Assembly: GCF_001945605.1 (NCBI RefSeq)
Contig: NZ_MPKA01000060.1
Location: 1 to 32,000, forward strand
Source of the DNA: Dubosiella newyorkensis
Lineage (GTDB): Bacteria > Bacillota_I > Bacilli_A > Erysipelotrichales > Erysipelotrichaceae
DNA: 32,000 nt
Reading direction: 5' to 3'
Position numbers and translations under genes: made by a program. The notes below the pieces were generated by a model. That model made no database searches. It worked only from the letters and a program-made list of their open reading frames with translations, and was not told the origin of the DNA. Shown here one piece after another: positions 31,319 to 32,000 of the stretch (positions are counted from its first letter, which is position 1; each line of letters begins with the position of its first letter).

Positions 31319-32000
31319 TCTGAATTACGATCAAATGAAAGAATTTGCTCAAGATTGCGGGTGGAAGCCGTTTCGCGGACAGCAGATCTTTGAATGGCTG
31401 TATCGAAAACGGGTCGATTCGTTTGAGGAAATGAGCAATTTATCCAAAGAGACCCGAGATTTGCTGCAGCAGGAATTCGCGATCAATCCTCTCAAGCTCG
31501 TCAAAAAACAAACAGCGAAAGATGGAACGACGAAGTTTTTGTTCCAGACCGAAGATGGGGCGTTATTAGAAAGCGTGCTCATGTATTTTGATTATGGAAG
31601 AAGCGTCTGTGTCTCGTCCCAAGTGGGATGCAATATGGGATGTGCGTTTTGCGCGAGCGGATTGACGAAGAAAAAAAGAAATTTGACAAGCGCTGAAATG
31701 GTCGCGCAAGTGATGTATGTACAAAAGGAGCTCGACAAACAAGAAGAGAGACTCTCTCATATCGTTGTGATGGGAACAGGGGAGCCTTTTGATAATTATG
31801 ACAACGTGATGAATTTTTTATCGACGATCAATCACGATCGAGGCTTGGCGATCGGCGCTCGCCATATTACGATCTCGACTTGCGGGATCGTGCCGATGAT
31901 CTATCGATTCGCGGACGCAAAATATCAATATAATTTAGCGATCTCGCTGCATGCGCCGAATAATACGCTGCGCGATCAGCTCATGCCAGTCAATCACGCC
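31302..32000 (+). CDS. rlmN: Dual-specificity RNA methyltransferase RlmN (radical SAM), 5' partial; runs off the window end
   Basis: Open frame with no stop, so absent from the ORF track: MKSIYDLNYDQMKEFAQDCGWKPFRGQQIFEWLY..., radical-SAM cluster CNMGCAFC, then GTGEPFDNY. It overlaps rsmB by 17 nt. Confidence 0.9.
   Translation, partial: MKSIYDLNYDQMKEFAQDCGWKPFRGQQIFEWLYRKRVDSFEEMSNLSKETRDLLQQEFAINPLKLVKKQTAKDGTTKFLFQTEDGALLESVLMYFDYGRSVCVSSQVGCNMGCAFCASGLTKKKRNLTSAEMVAQVMYVQKELDKQEERLSHIVVMGTGEPFDNYDNVMNFLSTINHDRGLAIGARHITISTCGIVPMIYRFADAKYQYNLAISLHAPNNTLRDQLMPVNHA

Noticed and set aside
1-32000. CRISPR arrays, IS elements or transposases, integrases, prophage genes, tRNA/rRNA genes, known defence systems (RM, Abi, retron, CBASS, TA pairs)
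   Set aside because: I saw no regularly spaced direct repeats. No ORF has transposase, integrase, reverse-transcriptase or nuclease hallmarks. There are no tRNA-like TpsiC motifs. The only repeats are the ankyrin units and the duplicated small gene.

Overview
This window looks like a mostly housekeeping chromosomal segment of a Bacillota (Firmicutes)-type genome. It uses the standard genetic code, most genes are on the + strand, and it carries a T-box leader, ptsI, an ECF S-component and a YitT-family gene. The taxon is only a guess. I support about 28 protein genes. In order they are: a low-GC leader region with a duplicated small membrane-protein gene; rpmG-secE-nusG; a HAD-IIA phosphatase; secG; rnr; a short leader ORF plus terminator; an ankyrin-repeat protein; an EF-G2-type paralog; an ABC exporter; recQ; an ECF S-component; an orphan membrane protein (-); ptsI; a heterodimeric ABC exporter pair; a small GNAT (-); T-box-valS; MarR, a 94-aa ORF and YitT; an ArsP_2-like permease (-); an AI-2E transporter (-); a SPOUT/TrmH methyltransferase; a DUF4438-like protein; and priA-rsmB-rlmN (rlmN runs off the window end). 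rpmG, the 22-codon leader ORF and rlmN are missing from the supplied ORF track and were read directly from the sequence. I found no rRNA, tRNA, CRISPR array, transposase, integrase or recognisable defence gene. The best candidate for something undescribed is the module at 5592-8542. It has a promoter and a 22-codon leader ORF whose stop codon sits in the base of an intrinsic terminator. Downstream are a cytoplasmic ankyrin-repeat protein and an EF-G paralog that lacks the catalytic switch-II histidine. This could be a translation-stress-sensing attenuator driving an ANK/EF-G2 pair, but that is inference, not demonstration. A second signal, seen in every coding stretch I hand-counted, is a several-fold excess of GATC.
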